Shown here in pieces: positions 12,408 to 26,179 of a stretch of DNA of 64,000 nucleotides (its first letter is position 1; every line of letters begins with the position of its first letter). This DNA comes from the human T2T-CHM13v2.0 reference genome, Homo sapiens. The stretch is taken from the NCBI GenBank assembly GCA_009914755.4, contig CP068257.2, forward strand, positions 23,424,001 through 23,488,000. The letters are read 5' to 3'. The position numbers were made by a program, and so were the translations under genes. Under the pieces are notes generated by a model. That model had not been told where the DNA came from. It did not search any database and saw only the letters and a list, made by a program, of their open reading frames with translations.

Positions 12408-15232
12408 TTTTGTCTGTCTTCGGTCAGAATGGCCTTAAAATTACAAGCAACTATGGAGGTTTCAGTGTTTCATTTCAAAGCCAGACACCGTGCTAGTTAT
12501 CTCATATGTGTTTAAAGAGAAATCAAATGCACTCACTCTTCTTCAGAATTTCCTCCAGCAGCAGAGGAGACATGACTGTGAAAAATAACAGCAATGTAAT
12601 AATTTCTATAATAGAAATATGAAAAAAGGCCATTAGCATGCACAACAAGGAGTATTTCTGCCTTGACAGGACATAGAATATTCTTGGGGGGATGATATGA
12701 GCTGAGTCATTCATTCATTCATTTCAATTTATGTATTATAAACGACATTTTTGTACCATGCATTTCTATTTTCTCTCATGTCCTTCCTTGAAGGATGAGG
12801 TTCACTTCTCTCCCCAAGGGAAGTAAGACTATTTCCTGCAGCTCTTTGTATAATAGTCCCTTTAATCCCTTATCTGACCAAATGCTTTCTCCAGCTAAGC
12901 TGTGACGTCCAAATAATTGGTCTAATATCCAGGAAAGGAGATGAGTGCAGGATAAGACATGTGTTCCTACAGGGGGAGACCTCTACACTGTCTTTAAGGA
13001 AGGAAGTATGTCAGCTTTTACCAGGGAGGAGTGGGCTTCCTCTGCATGAACAGATGGTCTAGGGGAGTCTGTGAATCAAGGTTGTTCTAGCGTATCAACC
13101 CAGATGTCTTCATCACATGACTAAGTTTGCATTTCTTAATCAACGCCTTGACATCACATAGGATAACTGCCTTGGTCCATCATTTAGCCTTCTTTGAAGC
13201 TCTGGTGCTTTAATCATTAAGTTCTTGGCTTGGTCCTCAGCTTTACTTGCTCTCTGGCTGTAGTTAGGCCTTGCTATGCTATCAAGGAAGCCCTCTGGCT
13301 TTTAAACTTAATTTCAAATTACTGCCTAATCACTTTGGTTATCTTTCTTCAAAGCATCGATTGCACTTAACAACAACCACTTGCTTTCTCTATACTTTAT
13401 GTCAGTTGTTACCTCAGATTACTCATCATCATGATAATCTGTACTTACTATTGCATTCCTTTCAATAATATACTGAAGCACTTAACAACATTGCTATCTT
13501 GTACAAGGTTCATTTTTGTTCATCTGACAAAAGTTATGGAGGCCTAAATGTGAGCTAGCAGGTAATTAAGCTTCTGAATTCTCTCTCTTCTTTCTCTGAC
13601 CAGGCGGTGCCAACTATTGCAGACTGGGTTCCCTGGGAAGCAAAATTTGAAAAGATTACTACACAAGAATTCTACCACAGAAGTCCTTGAAAACTTAAAA
13701 AAGTAATGAAATGAGGCAGGATTGGACAGAAGGAGAAGCTAAACAGTGATGCAGTCCAAACAAAGGCCAAACCTACAAGGAGCTCTGAAGCTGTGACGGG
13801 CCTTCAGCATTGCCTGCATTGTAATGAGAGAACTGGGATTTTATATTCCTGCATCTATCATAATTGAATGTAGGTTGTCACTTGGGTAAAGCAGCTGTCT
13901 CCAACATGGGGCATTTTCCAGAAAAGACTGTCATCTGAGGGCAGTAAGCCAGTGACATTCTGAAAAGCTGAGAGCCTACATATTTCAGTCCTAAAAAGGA
14001 GTCTGTGTGGCACATCACAAAATCCACTCTGGAAATTCAGGTGTTACTAGCCTGTAGTGCTTACAGCTACTTTCACTAAGACAAAATAATTGTATGCCAG
14101 AAGCTACGGCAGATGGCCATATGAGCCTCAGGCAGTGGTCCAGGCTCCCTGTGGTTTTCAGGACACTCAGAATTACTTGAATACTCTGGATAGGGGCCAC
14201 AGGCATTCTACAAATGATGGCAGGTCCAAAAAGGGCTGAGATCATTACAGAGAATTGCTCAGTATTTAGCAGCAAGGGAAACCAGCAGTGCAATGACTTT
14301 TAACACTAACTATCTAGAGTTAGTCCAAATTTTACAGGTCCTCCATGAGACCACCTTACTTCAGACACCAGCTGCATGCTCAAGGATCTCAGGGACATCC
14401 TCACTTCTAACCAACTGGCTACACACTTGAGGGTTCCTTTCAGGTTTGAGAATTCACTTGAATGACTCACAGAACTCAGGAAAGTGCTACATTTATGATT
14501 ACAGCTTCATTATAGCAGAGACGATACAAAATCAAAACCAGCCAGAGAAAAAACACATGGTGCTAAGTCTGGCAGAGTCTCAGACCCTAAGCTTCCAGTT
14601 GTCTTCTCCTTGTGAAATCAGAAAGTGTCACCCTCATGGCACATTGAAATGTGATGATACACAGAGCATTGACAACCACAGAAGCTCTCCAAGCTAGATG
14701 GTGAGAGTTTTCATTGGGGTTTCACCATGTAGTCAGTCATGTAGTCATGATTGGCTGAGTCATTGGCCATGTCATTGAACTTGATCTCCTGTCCCTTGTC
14801 ATCTCCTCAGAAGATCTGCAAGAAGAGAGTTAAAAACTCTTTGTTTCAGAGCTCTGTTTGAGAGTTAAAAGCTGTTTGAAATACTAGCTTTGGTTCTGGG
14901 CACTATACTTAATTTACACAAATTGTTTCTGCTCTCTGATTTAAAGACTCAACTATGTAAATACAGCTTCTAAGAAATTTGAAGCATCATAGTGGGAGAA
15001 TAAAGAGAGAAGTTAAGAATTTTGTCAATAGGAGTCCATTAATATAATAAGCATTTCGTAAGTGCTAACTATATAAGTCACTCTGCCACAAACCACAGAC
15101 ATTCCCGAACATACATATGAAATTAAGCTGGTTATGGCCTGCTAGAGAAAAGAATACGTGAGCACAGAAAAATTATCCATGAAATCCTGGATAGAATGTT
15201 GAAGATGGCTACAAATTGGAGAAAAGGCAGTA

Positions 15233-15652
15233 TATTAGTCCGTTCTCCCACTGCTATAAAGAAATACCTGAGACAGGATACTCTATAAAGAAAAGTTTAA
15301 TTGACTCACAGTTTTGCAGGCTTAAAGGAAGCATGATGTCGGCCATCTGCTGAGCTTCTAGGGAGGCCTCAGGAAATTTACAATCATGGTGGAAGACGAA
15401 GGGGAAGCAGGCTCATCTTACATGACTGGAGCAGGAGGAACAGAGAAGGGGGAGGTGGCGCACACTTAAACAACCAGATCTCACAAAAATTCACTCAAGT
15501 ATCATCAAGACAATACCAAGGAGGATGGTGCTAAGCCATTCATTAGAAACTGCACCTATGATCCAATCACCTCTTACCCAGCCCCACGTCCAGCACTGGG
15601 GATTGCATTTCAGCATGAGACGTGGGTAGGGACACAGATCCAAATCATATCA
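15233..15652 (-). mobile_element. MST/THE1-like MaLR solo LTR, minus orientation
   Basis: tattagtccgttctcccactgctataaagaaatacctgagacagg...gtttaattgactcacagttttgcaggc...cctcaggaaatttacaatcatggtggaagacgaaggggaagcaggc...acaaccagatctcacaaaaattcactc...tgatccaatcacctc...tgggtagggacacagatccaaatcatatca. This is the reverse complement of MSTA-type LTR termini. Confidence 0.7.
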
Positions 15653-16562
15653 TGCAGTGACCTGTAAACTATTTCAAGTCATGCAGTGAGCAAGTAGAAA
15701 AAAATAAAAGTTAAGAAAGGTGTAAAATTTGTCAACTCTAGACTCACGACAAAGACACCCCCCCAACACACACAATAACCTGCTCACCTGGACAAAGTGC
15801 TCACTCATCAGGAAGATAGCCAACTCATTGAGGTTGATTTTGAGAGCCTGGTCTTGCTGTGTCTACTAATCTTCAACAAATATGTTACAAACTCTGACAT
15901 TAACTCCCAGTCATTTTTCTTGCCTTGAAATATACACATTAATCTATTTGAGTCCAGGGGACAAAATCTATAAATTATCTTTTTCCCGCCTTTTGATACT
16001 AAGAGATGGTGAATGTGGAGTTTTCCATTTCTATAGTAAGCTTAATAAACTCAGCTTTGATACGTAAAGATTTCTGAGTAAATTTTACAGAAAGTCGGGA
16101 CATGAGCCAGTTTGGAAAGATAAATTATGTACGATTTAAATAAAGAATTCTAGAAAAATATATTTGAGGAACTGGGGGAGGGAACAGGTTACTGAGACAT
16201 GGGACTTCAAAGATGTCCCTAAGTTCAAAAGCTGAACACAATAATGTTATCTTTCCCTTAGAGAGATTTATATACATTCCAAAAGGTCAGAGTAAAAACA
16301 TGCTTCCCAATGAGCAAAATACCTCAATTATTTTTTTCTGAATTACTCTCCTACAATACAAATTAGTATGTATAGGATAACATCTGAATCTCATTGCTTT
16401 ACCCCAGGGTTAAAAAGTTGAGGCATCAGGAAACCACAGGTTTGTTTGCTATGAGTAAATAATAATTTTCTCTGTGTTAGAAACCTCATGTGTGTGTGTT
16501 CAAGATAATAATAATAAGTATGGATATTAAAAATCTATCTTACTCCCTCTTTCCATTTCCCA

Positions 16563-16900
16563 AGTGTCTTAGTCCATTCAGGCTGCTGTAACAAAATACC
16601 ATAAACTGGGCTACCTAGAAATGACAGAAATTTACTACTCACAGTCCTGGAGTCTGGAAAGTCCAAGAGCAAGGTGAGGACTGATTTGGTTCCTGGGGAG
16701 GGCTCTCTTCCTGGTTCATAGACGGTCTTTTTCTCTGTTTATCCGCACATGAGGAAAAGGTTCAAGGAAGATTTCTGGGATATCCATAAGGACACTTATT
16801 TCATTCATGGGGGCTCTACTCTCGTGACCTAATCACCTCCCAAAGGCCTCACCTCTAAATACTGTCACATTGAGAATTAGGTTTCAACATGTGAACGTCA
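16563..16900 (-). mobile_element. MaLR-type solo LTR, minus orientation
   Basis: agtgtcttagtccattcaggctgctgtaacaaaataccataaactggg...cagtcctggagtctggaaagtccaagagcaaggtg...tggttcatagacggtc...cctaatcacctcccaaaggcctcacctctaaatactgtcacattgagaattaggtttcaacatgtgaa. Confidence 0.65.
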
Positions 16901-18138
16901 GGGAAATAAATACCCCACTTACCCTAGTATTGTTACACATTGCATGCTTATATCAAAATATCTCATGTAACCCATAAATATATACACTTACTATGTACCT
17001 GCAAAAATTAAAAAATTCAGTCTCTAGCACTAAGATTTAAACTTTTTAGCAGTTTCTTCTCATCTTGATTTCCATATTTCAAATACAAATTTTGTAGTAT
17101 TTATTTCAGTCCAAATTTACTTCAGAAAACAGAAGCCAGCCTGTATCTTTTAATGGTTTTGATACAAGAAATTGAAGGCTTACTTGACTATTGGAAAGAC
17201 TGAGGAGGAAAAAAAATGTGGAAAACAACCAAAGAGGATTTTAGCTTAAATATGTAAAGTGGGTCATATGTCCTCAGACAAAGCTACTGTAAATCTCAAG
17301 ACTCTATGGATGGTTGCTATCCAAGTACCTCAGTTATCAGCACCAATGATCATGACTCCAAAAGCTCACCTGGAGGCTTTCTGAACTCTCACAGCTGTCA
17401 AGCATTTGTTCTCAATTGCCACCTGATAAAGGTCTGTCCTTCTGCTTGACCTTTCAAATCTCAGACAAGTAACATTCATTGGAACCCTAAGAAGAAGGCG
17501 AATGTGGAAAACATAGTTCCCAGCTTCTACTTTCTAGAGAAGACCTTAAAGGAGGTGGGTTCGATGCCTGCCAAGTTGACAACAGATGATCCAACCCACT
17601 ATGATTTCCTGATACATCAATTTTAGATGTGATCTATTGCACGGCATGTTACGATATGTTTTAACTCCCTTATACTTCTTCTTGCTCTCTCGCTCATCCT
17701 ATTATAGGTGTTTTGATTAAATCAATATTCAATGTTTATAGGGCTACAACTGTAAATTTATCCACTACTGAGAAAGGTGGCATATTTATGATTAGCCTTC
17801 CATTTCATAAACCTTTTTTTCCCCTGGAATTGATAATGGTGGCATTCTTTTTTCATTTGCTTAGTTGTGCTTTTTTTTTTTAATATCTGATACTGACTGA
17901 CTATCCAAACTTATACTTAGAGGTGTTAAACAACTTTCAATACCATAGTCCCTGTGGTCAGATGGAGCAAATAATCTATCAGTTCTTTTTATCTGCCCCT
18001 CCCCTCCCCACCCCATTATCTTTTTCATGAAATTTTTCCCAGAGCTGTTTTTCTCCCATTTGAAATAGTTGTTCTCTTGGCCTACTGCAAAAAGGTTGAT
18101 CTAGGACTGCTCCTTCATGTTTTCCTGTGCTAAATCTC

Positions 18139-18430
18139 CTTTTTTTTTTGAGACGGACTCTCACCCTGTTGCCCAGCCTGGAGTGCCATGGTGTGATCTC
18201 GGCTCAGTGCAACTTCCGCCTCCCAGGTTCAAGTAATTCTCTGCCTCAGCCTCCCCAGTAGCTGGGATTACAGGCACCCACCACCACGCCTGGCTAATTT
18301 GTTTGTATTTTTAGTAGACACAGGGTTTCACCATCTTGGCCAGGCTGGTCTTGAACTCCTGACCTCGTGATCCACCCACCTCGGCCTCCCAAAGTGCTGG
18401 GATTACAGGCGTGGGCCAACGCTCCAGGCC
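18139..18430 (-). mobile_element. Alu SINE, minus orientation
   Basis: tttttttttttgagacggactctcaccctgttgcccagcctggagtgc...cctcccaaagtgctgggattacaggcgtgggccaacgctccaggcc. Confidence 0.95.
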
Positions 18431-19683
18431 AAAACCTATTTTTAAGAGTTTCTTTCTCTATATTGGTTTACTTTTACATTTTGATGAAACACACCCTATA
18501 ATAGCTTTTTGAGCAAGAGTGCAGAGGAGGTTTTTTTTTTTCATCTTTCTGATGTTTTAAACTTGTCTTTTCTATCACACACTATTTACCTTTTGTCCAT
18601 CTAACATGCAGATACAATTCTAGTAGAATTAAGAATCTTTGTTTCATTCCTCAGTTTATTTTTCTGCTGTCCTTTTTTAGTTTCAAAGTTATTTTTGTTC
18701 CTTCATTGTTGTTTTGTATCATCTTGTCCTTGTTCCATAGATATATCTTCTCGTTTTAATATTAATTGTAGGTGATTGTTAGAAAAATATTCTACTCCAT
18801 AAATTATCACTGTTTTCTTAACTATCCTTTACCCACTTGTTTTTTGATTTCTCTTTTTTATCAAATATTTCATCAAATATCTGGGGAATGTGGTCCATTC
18901 ATGTTCAAGAATGAAGTACCCACTACACAACAGATCAGAAGCCTTATCTGTGTGCATGAGCAGAAATTGTCAATTATTAGGCATTGTTGGAAGATAATCT
19001 TGCAGCAAGTAAAGTTTATTTGTGGGTCCTCAAATTTGAGGATTTCATGCATTTTCTCTGCAACCAGATTTACGTGGGATAACATACTAATTTTCTGTCT
19101 TACTATGGAGCAGGCAGAAGAAAATTGTATCTAGCTGCATGTGTTCGAAGAACAAGTAGAAATGGGAGATTGCGAATTTTATCATTATGTAAGCAGATTT
19201 TCACTTAATTCACTTATTTTCAGCATCTGTCTCACCTTTGACTTCCATGATCTCTTATTTTTCTCAGTTGGAGTCCTTACTGCTTTGATTTCCTCAGAAG
19301 ATAGAATTCTGGTCAGAGATTGGATGACAGTGAGGACAGAAAAGAAGAGGAAGTTGCCTGTCTGTGTGGGATCTAGTAGGGCTCAAGGGTCTACTTTTCC
19401 TTACAGAGATTTCTGCCATCCTCCAATTTTCAGCCCCACAATTCACCATCCTTCCTATTTCTTCCATTGTACAATTGCATCACATCCTAAGCCTCTGCTT
19501 TATTATACAAGACAAGTAAATTTCTTTCTCCTGTTTCCCTTCGCATAGTCTCAGATGGTTAGCAGTTGCAGCACCCACTCTGCTCACCCAGAAGCAGAGG
19601 TCTTAGATTTACATTGTCATTCAAACTAACAAGGCACAGTAGGCTTCAACCAACACCAAGTTTATTTAGCTTTAAGAAAGAAT

Positions 19684-19983
19684 AGCTGGGTGCAGTGGCT
19701 CACGCCTGTAATGCCAGCACTTTGGGAGGCCAAGGCAGGCGGATCACAAGGTCAGGAGATCGAGACCATCCTGGCTAACACTGTGAAAACTCGTCTCTAC
19801 TAAAAATACAAAAAAATAGCTGGGCGTGGTGGCAGACGCCTGTAGTCCCAGCTACTAGGAAGGCCGAGGCAGCAGAATTCCTTGAACCGGGAGGCGGAGC
19901 TTGCAGTGAGCGGAGATTGCGCCACTTTACTGTAGCCTGGGCGACAGAGTGAGACTCTGTCTAAAAAATAAATAAATAAAAAG
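19684..19983 (+). mobile_element. Alu SINE (AluY/S-like), plus orientation, with target-site duplication
   Basis: agctgggtgcagtggctcacgcctgtaatgccagcactttgggaggccaaggcaggcggatcacaaggtcaggagatcgagacc...gcgacagagtgagactctgtctaaaaaataaataaataaaaag. Flanking direct repeat aagaaagaata at 19673-19683 and 19981-19991. Confidence 0.95.
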
Positions 19984-20394
19984 AAAGAATAAAAGAGAGG
20001 AATTGTAACATCCTCAGCAGCACCGTAGCCAAGGTCCTATGACTCACAAGCATGATCATGAGAAGTGAGGCTGACTGTGTGCCGACCACCTCAGCTCCAG
20101 GAAGCCGTCAGCTCTGGGGTCTCTACAGCTTCTCTGCATTCCTGCTTATCCAGAATCTTGTGCTTTTCTCTTGTGCTGCTGAAACTCACTATTTGCAAAG
20201 TATTTATCAGGTAGATGTTACCAAGCAGTTAGAGGATACCTAGTTAACAATCTCCACAGCTAGGTACAGAGGCTTGATTCAGTATATTAAAACTTCAGGA
20301 GTACTCTCATTTTTCTTGGAGCTTGTATAACCTTTAACGTTTCTTCAATCCGTGTCACTAATTTGGGCATCTACTATGGGCTGAATTGTGTAAT

Positions 20395-20668
20395 TAAGGT
20401 TAAACAAAGTCATAAGGCTGGGGGCTTTCAATAGGATTGGCAGTCACATAAGGAGAGAACAAAAGAGATTCCCCTCCTTTTGTACTCTGAGGACACAGGA
20501 AGAAGAGGGCCATCTGCAAGCCAGGAAGAGATACCTCATCAGAAACCAACCCTGCTGGTCCTTGATCTTGGCCTTCAAGCTGCCAGAACAGTGGGAAGAT
20601 ACATTTCTGTTGTTAAGTCTCCCAGACTATGCTATTTTGTTATTATAGCCTGAGAAGAGTAATATAGC
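20395..20668 (+). mobile_element. MaLR-type LTR fragment, 5' truncated, plus orientation
   Basis: gaggacacaggaagaagagggccatctgcaagccaggaagagatacctcatcagaaaccaaccctgctggtccttgatcttggccttcaagctgccagaacagtgggaagatacatttctgttgttaagtctcccagactatgctattttgttattatagcc. Confidence 0.55.
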
Positions 20669-23600
20669 ATCTAAACCTCAGACATCCCGTAAGCCAGACA
20701 AAAGGACTAAACCAGCTGTTAATGATAAGCAGAGATTACTTTCCATTCATTATGCCTTAATTTAGGAAAAGCGACTGTAATATTGTCCCTTAGTATTTTC
20801 TGGAAAGAACAGACGCATCTCATTCTCAGGACGTGGTGCAAGGGAAATTTCCGTTTCCTTCCACTGAGACATCTTTCAAAACATTTTTTAAATAAAAAGT
20901 ACTAAAATACAATTTAAAGAAAAGCCTGAGGACTGACAATCATTTTCTCTTCCATTTGTGATTCAAAGGCTTCTGTTTAATCAATAATTCCCTATTCAAA
21001 CACTTTACCTGGATAGTTTAATGGCTATCTGACCACTTGAAATGCAAATTATACAGTTTTTAATCTTTGAATGAGATTCTGAGGGTCAAAGAGTAGTTCT
21101 TACTCCAAAGCATAAACCATTCTGACAGATTTATACTAGAGAGGCTATACTAAATAAGAAAAATGTTTAAATAATTCAGATAATAATGCAAACTGTTAAC
21201 TCTTAGAAAATTCTAAGCCAAGTGTTTTCTAATGTGTTAGAGTTAGCTAAGAAAACACACAAGAAATCCAAGAAATCTGCTGAGTAGATAATTCTATTGT
21301 GCCAACACTTATTAGTTTCATGCATCTATTTAAGAAGACCCTGAAGCTTTATAAAAGACATTTCATTTTATATACTGTAGGTAACTGCCATTATGCAAAT
21401 ATTGTTGCCATTTAACTCCATCATGCATTTTATCTGATAATCATGAGTTGTAATAATAAGCAGACAGGTATAATTGAGTTTATTATATGGCCTGTTCAGT
21501 TTCTTTCCTGTCGTAAGAATACAAGAGTAACCAAAAGTCATAGTTTGATGTTTAGTGTAACTAAAGAGTTTTCTTTATATCCTTCATTTTTATTCTTATT
21601 TTAACATGTGAAAAACACTTAAGCTATTTTTAGGTGTCTAATATTTCTGCTGTCAGAAGGCATGACAAAATATTTAATAGCATAGTTAATGAGAATTTTT
21701 CAGCCATTCTATCAAGAAGTAGTTTGCTAATTTAAAAAATCTGAATGCTAATAAGTTGGCTTAGCTAAAAAAAAAAAAGTCAAAACAAGGCAGTAAAAAA
21801 ATACAAAATATTAAAGCTCTTTTTGTAATGCTACAAAGAATACAAAAATAAAATTTGTGATTTTACCATTGATAGTTTTCATATTAAGACTGAAGCTATG
21901 TAACATACTAATTTTAAGTGTACTACTAAATATTTTTCTTTCTATTCTCTATGCTTACATGAAATTTTAAAAAATGAATATTTTAGGGATGTAAAATAAG
22001 AACAGGGAGAAATTGATACCAAGTACAGAGAAAAAAATAACATTTGTGGAAAAGCTCTTGGTAGCGATGGTCCAAATTTAATTTTACATCTATTATTTTA
22101 CTTACTGAGACGAAGACTGTCTAGAATCCAATCCTAATATTTTCTAAGACTAGCTATTAGCCCTGTGTTGTGTACAGTTCGTTCATCATCAATCAAGTGA
22201 AAACAGTAGGAGAAGCTGCCCCACAGAGTTGCAGTGAAGATGGGCCAATTATAAATATGTAAGGCAGTTAGAGCAGCACATGCACACTAGTGAGTATCAC
22301 ATCAGCACTTGATACTTCTTAATCTTCTTGAACTTGTAGTGAATTACAGAACTCACTACAAGTGAGTTATAAATATAAAATAGAAGTGAGTGGGATGCTG
22401 GGACTCTAACACATTGACATTTAAATAAGATTTGATTCATGAATATAGCCAGAAATATCTTACTAGGAATATTTGCTTTTCTGAAAGAGAAATTCAATTT
22501 TGACATATATTTTATCATGTATGAATATGTATATATTTATATAACTATATAATTAGATATGACACACATACACACTTGTGTATCTGAAGTAGAGAAAGGT
22601 CTACAATCAACTATGAGAAGTCAGACATTCCAATGAAACAGAACAAACAAAAGGTCTATGGATAAAAAGCTATTGAAAAACATTAGAATGAAAAATTTGA
22701 ATAAGTGTCTAAGTGAATTCCACTAGTCCCATATAAAATCTACCTTTATTCTTTGTGCAGTCACTGCTGTGCCTATATTTCCTAACTAAAATTAATGTCA
22801 CCTATAGCATAGCATCCTTTTAGTCTCTTCTACTATTGAAAGAGGTACTGCAGATTACAAATTATCTTGAGCTCAGGTAAATTAGACAGTTCTTGTGTTT
22901 TGAAGCAACATCTTGAAAACCACTATTAAATTAAACAGCCAATGTCTAAGAGAACAAATCCTTAAGCATGAGAAAGATTGGGAGCAATAACTTCAAATAT
23001 AAATCTACTATCACCCGCTGAAGAGGTATAGTAAACAAAGAGCATCTATATCTGTTCATCAGTTATTGATGACCATTTGATGCCAATTTTATGAGCAATA
23101 AACCAGATACATGGGTTCATATGATTCTTTTATTATACTTATATTACCTCATATGTCAAAGTCCACAAAACATAATTTTTTTCACTTTTATGGAAGTTAT
23201 GATGAAAAATATAATGATAGATTGGAGGCAGATAGATTATTATTTTGTAACTGCTTCTTCATCCTTAAAATGTGTTGTTATTCATATAGTTTGAGGATTG
23301 CTTTGGGCTTTATTTTCTTTTGAATATTTACATGACTCTTCTTCTACACAATATTCTCAAAAGAATATATCGTATCTGTTTTCTTTGTCAAGAACAGCTG
23401 TTACCTCACCCGCTTTATCTGTAATGAATACTTTGAATATTTTAGCCCCTATGTACACTTCCCTTTTCTCACCCTTCTTTTATGTAGACAACTAGGAATG
23501 ACCATCATGAGAAATAGTATTAGGCTAATGACAGGTTATATGAAGGGTTATGACTCTGTATAACAACTCTATAGCATCAGTTTTCATACTTCTTGGACAA

Positions 23601-24404
23601 TTGTTCATTATCTATTTCATATTTTGAGTGGAACTATGTGTTAAACAAAATATTTTATACCAAATTCAAAACTTAAAAAGCACTTAAATTATATTATTTT
23701 TCAAACAAGCCTAGAAAACAAATGAAATAATAAAGAGGGTTCCTTCTGTCACACCAACTCAAAGTAAAGGAGCTAATGCTGGAGGTAATTAATATTGTTG
23801 ATTTATACTTTTATATCTTTGAATAGCATATTTTTAAAAACATGATTTAGAATAAGTTGCAGCTGAATCTCTGAAACTTTATTTCTTTTGTAAAGTGAGA
23901 AGTGTTGGTATGTACCTCAAAGGACTAGCAACATGGGCACTCGCTTGGAGCTTCTTAAAAATGAAGAATCCTTATGCTTTGTCCCAAACCTAATAAATCA
24001 GAATTTGAAGATGGTTCACATGCATGATAAACTTAGAATATCACTGAAATGGATATCTCTAGCATTGTGTAATTTTATGATTTTTAGAATCCCTAGAATG
24101 GGGAGAGTGTAGATAAAAGAATCTACTTCCAACCTTATGCTATAGAAAGGTGGAAAACTACAGTTTGGCACCAAGTAAATATAACTGAGTTGTATCTAAA
24201 ACCTTGGATTTAAGTACTTTGGTTAAAATATTGTTTGAAACTTTACAATAGCACCCATATTATTTCAAGGGCAAGAGAGACTTTTGTGGGAGGGTTTATT
24301 GATAAAGAAAAATTACTGAGAGCTTTATTTCACTGTCTTTACGGATTCACAAGTTGTGAAGCCTAGCAAAGTCAATTTGGAAACTTAAATTTAACAAAAC
24401 AGTT

Positions 24405-24439
24405 ATCAATAGCAATTCATTATCAATAGCAATTCATTA
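24405..24439. repeat. Perfect 17 bp tandem duplication
   Basis: atcaatagcaattcatt appears twice back to back. Confidence 0.85.
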
Positions 24440-24849
24440 TCTTCAGAACTGAAGAATTGTCACAGAGTGGTATTTCTATAAACCACTTCCACTCATGAGT
24501 TAAGTTATAAGTTTTGAGGACTGTAACAGGAGGAAAAGTTTGTCTATATGTAGAGAGTGGCCACTTAAAAAGCCAATTTGACAAAATTTGCATGGCTTCC
24601 TGCTGTAACCATTAAAAACTGTATCATTCACTCTAAAGTGATGTAGGGATATTGTCTAGAAAAAGCTAATAAGCATCAGAACAGGATACCTGAGGCTCTA
24701 TCCAGAGTACTATTCTTCATACTGTGTTAGTTGCCTGTTGCCGTCATAACAAATTATAACAAGCTTAGTGGCTTAAAATGAAAAAACTTTATTCTATTAT
24801 AATCAAGAATCAAAAAGAAGGGCTAGAAATCAAAAGCACAATAACAGAA

Positions 24850-25212
24850 TGATATGGCTTGGCTGTGTCCCCGTCCATATTTCATCTTGAATTGCAGCTC
24901 CCATGATCCCCACACGTCATGAGAGGGACTAAGTGGGAGGTAATTCAATAATGGGGGCAGGTTTTCCCCATGCTCTTCTCATCACAGTGAATAAGTCTCA
25001 CGAGATCTAATGGTTTATAAAGGGCAGTTCCCCTGCACACCTTCTCTTGCCTGCCACCATGTAAGACGTGCCTTTGCTCCTCCTTTGCCTTCCACCATGA
25101 TTGTGAGGCCTCCCCAGCCATGTGGAACTGTGAGTCCATTAAACCTCTTTTTCTTTATAAATTACCCAGTCTTGGGTATTTCTTCTTAGCAGTATGAAAA
25201 TGGACTAATACA
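24850..25212 (+). mobile_element. THE1 (MaLR) solo LTR with a 5 bp target-site duplication
   Basis: tgatatggcttggctgtgtccccgtccatatttcatcttgaattgcagctcccatgatccccacacgtcatgagagggactaagtgggaggtaattcaataatgggggcagg...gtgaataagtctcacgagatctaatggtttataaagggcag...ccatgattgtgaggcctccccagccatgtggaactgtgagtccattaaacctc...ggactaataca. Flanked by cagaa at 24845-24849 and 25213-25217. Confidence 0.88.
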
Positions 25213-25217
25213 CAGAA

Positions 25218-26175
25218 GAATAACTTTGAAGAGTATGTCGGTAAGCTAGATACAGCAGAAGAAAGAATCAGTAATTTTGAGGATATGTCAATAGAAATTT
25301 CTCAAACTGAAATTGGAAAAGTATGAAGAAAACCAGAACATGACATTCCGCCATGTGGAATACTATCAAAAGTTGTACCATATAGATAATTAGAACACAA
25401 GAAAGAAATAAAGATAAAATGGAGAACTATTTGAAATAACAATGGCAGAGGTATTTTTTTTAACTAATGGCAGACACCAAATCACATATTCAGAAAGCTC
25501 AGAGAACACTAAGCAAACAAATACCAAAATATGTACATGCCTAGTAATGTATTCAAACTGCAGAAAACCAAAGACAAAAGACAAAGAGAAAATCTTGAAT
25601 GAAGCCAGTGATGGAGTAGGGTAGGAGAACTTACCTATGGAAGAAAATAATAATAATTACAATAGGCTTCTCATTAAAAAAATCAAAGAAACAAAAAAAA
25701 ATCTATGTAAGCAAGGAGTAGCAGAGTGAAATATTTGAAGCCTGGAATGCTATATCAAGTGAAATTATTCTTCAAGCATGAAGAAGAAATACTTTCTCAA
25801 ACAACAAAAAGTGAAAAAAACATACTACCAACATGTGTGCTTTATATAATGTATTAACAGAAGCTTAATAAAAAATGTTATAGAAACAAATATATAGATC
25901 AAAAATTTGGATCTACATAAAGAAAGGGGAAAAGGGTCATACCAGGAACAAATACAGTTGAAATAAAATGCTTTATTTCTCTGATTCTAAAATGACCTAA
26001 AAGATAACTGTTTGTTAAAGTAACAATTGTAAAAACACATTGGATGACATCTGTGTAAATTAAATGAATAACACCAGTGTTACAGGAGATGTGAGTAAGA
26101 AATTGAATATATTCTGTAATAAGGTACCTGTAGTAAGCATAAAGAACAGTAGGTCATTTGAAAGTTAACTTAGAT
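25218..26175 (+). mobile_element. Old L1 (L1M-like) ORF1 and inter-ORF segment, degenerate, plus orientation
   Basis: Collinear with the L1M ORF1 3' half and inter-ORF region: cagaagaaagaatcagtaattttgaggatatgtcaatagaaatt, ggcagacaccaaatcacatattcagaaagctcagagaacactaagcaaacaaataccaaaa, caaactgcagaaaaccaaagacaaaagacaaagagaaaatcttgaatgaagccag, gtgaaatatttgaagcctggaatgc, ggatctacataaagaaagg...aaataaaatgctttatttct...ataactgtttgttaaagtaacaattgtaaaaacacattggatgacat. The THE1 LTR at 24850 sits inside this L1. Confidence 0.6.
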
Positions 26176-26179
26176 TAGT

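Noticed and set aside
13560-13700. Polypyrimidine tract followed by cag|GCGGTGCC resembling a splice acceptor, with a short downstream ORF
   Set aside because: The ORF terminates within ~30 codons and I see no donor, conservation or coding signature. Likely chance.
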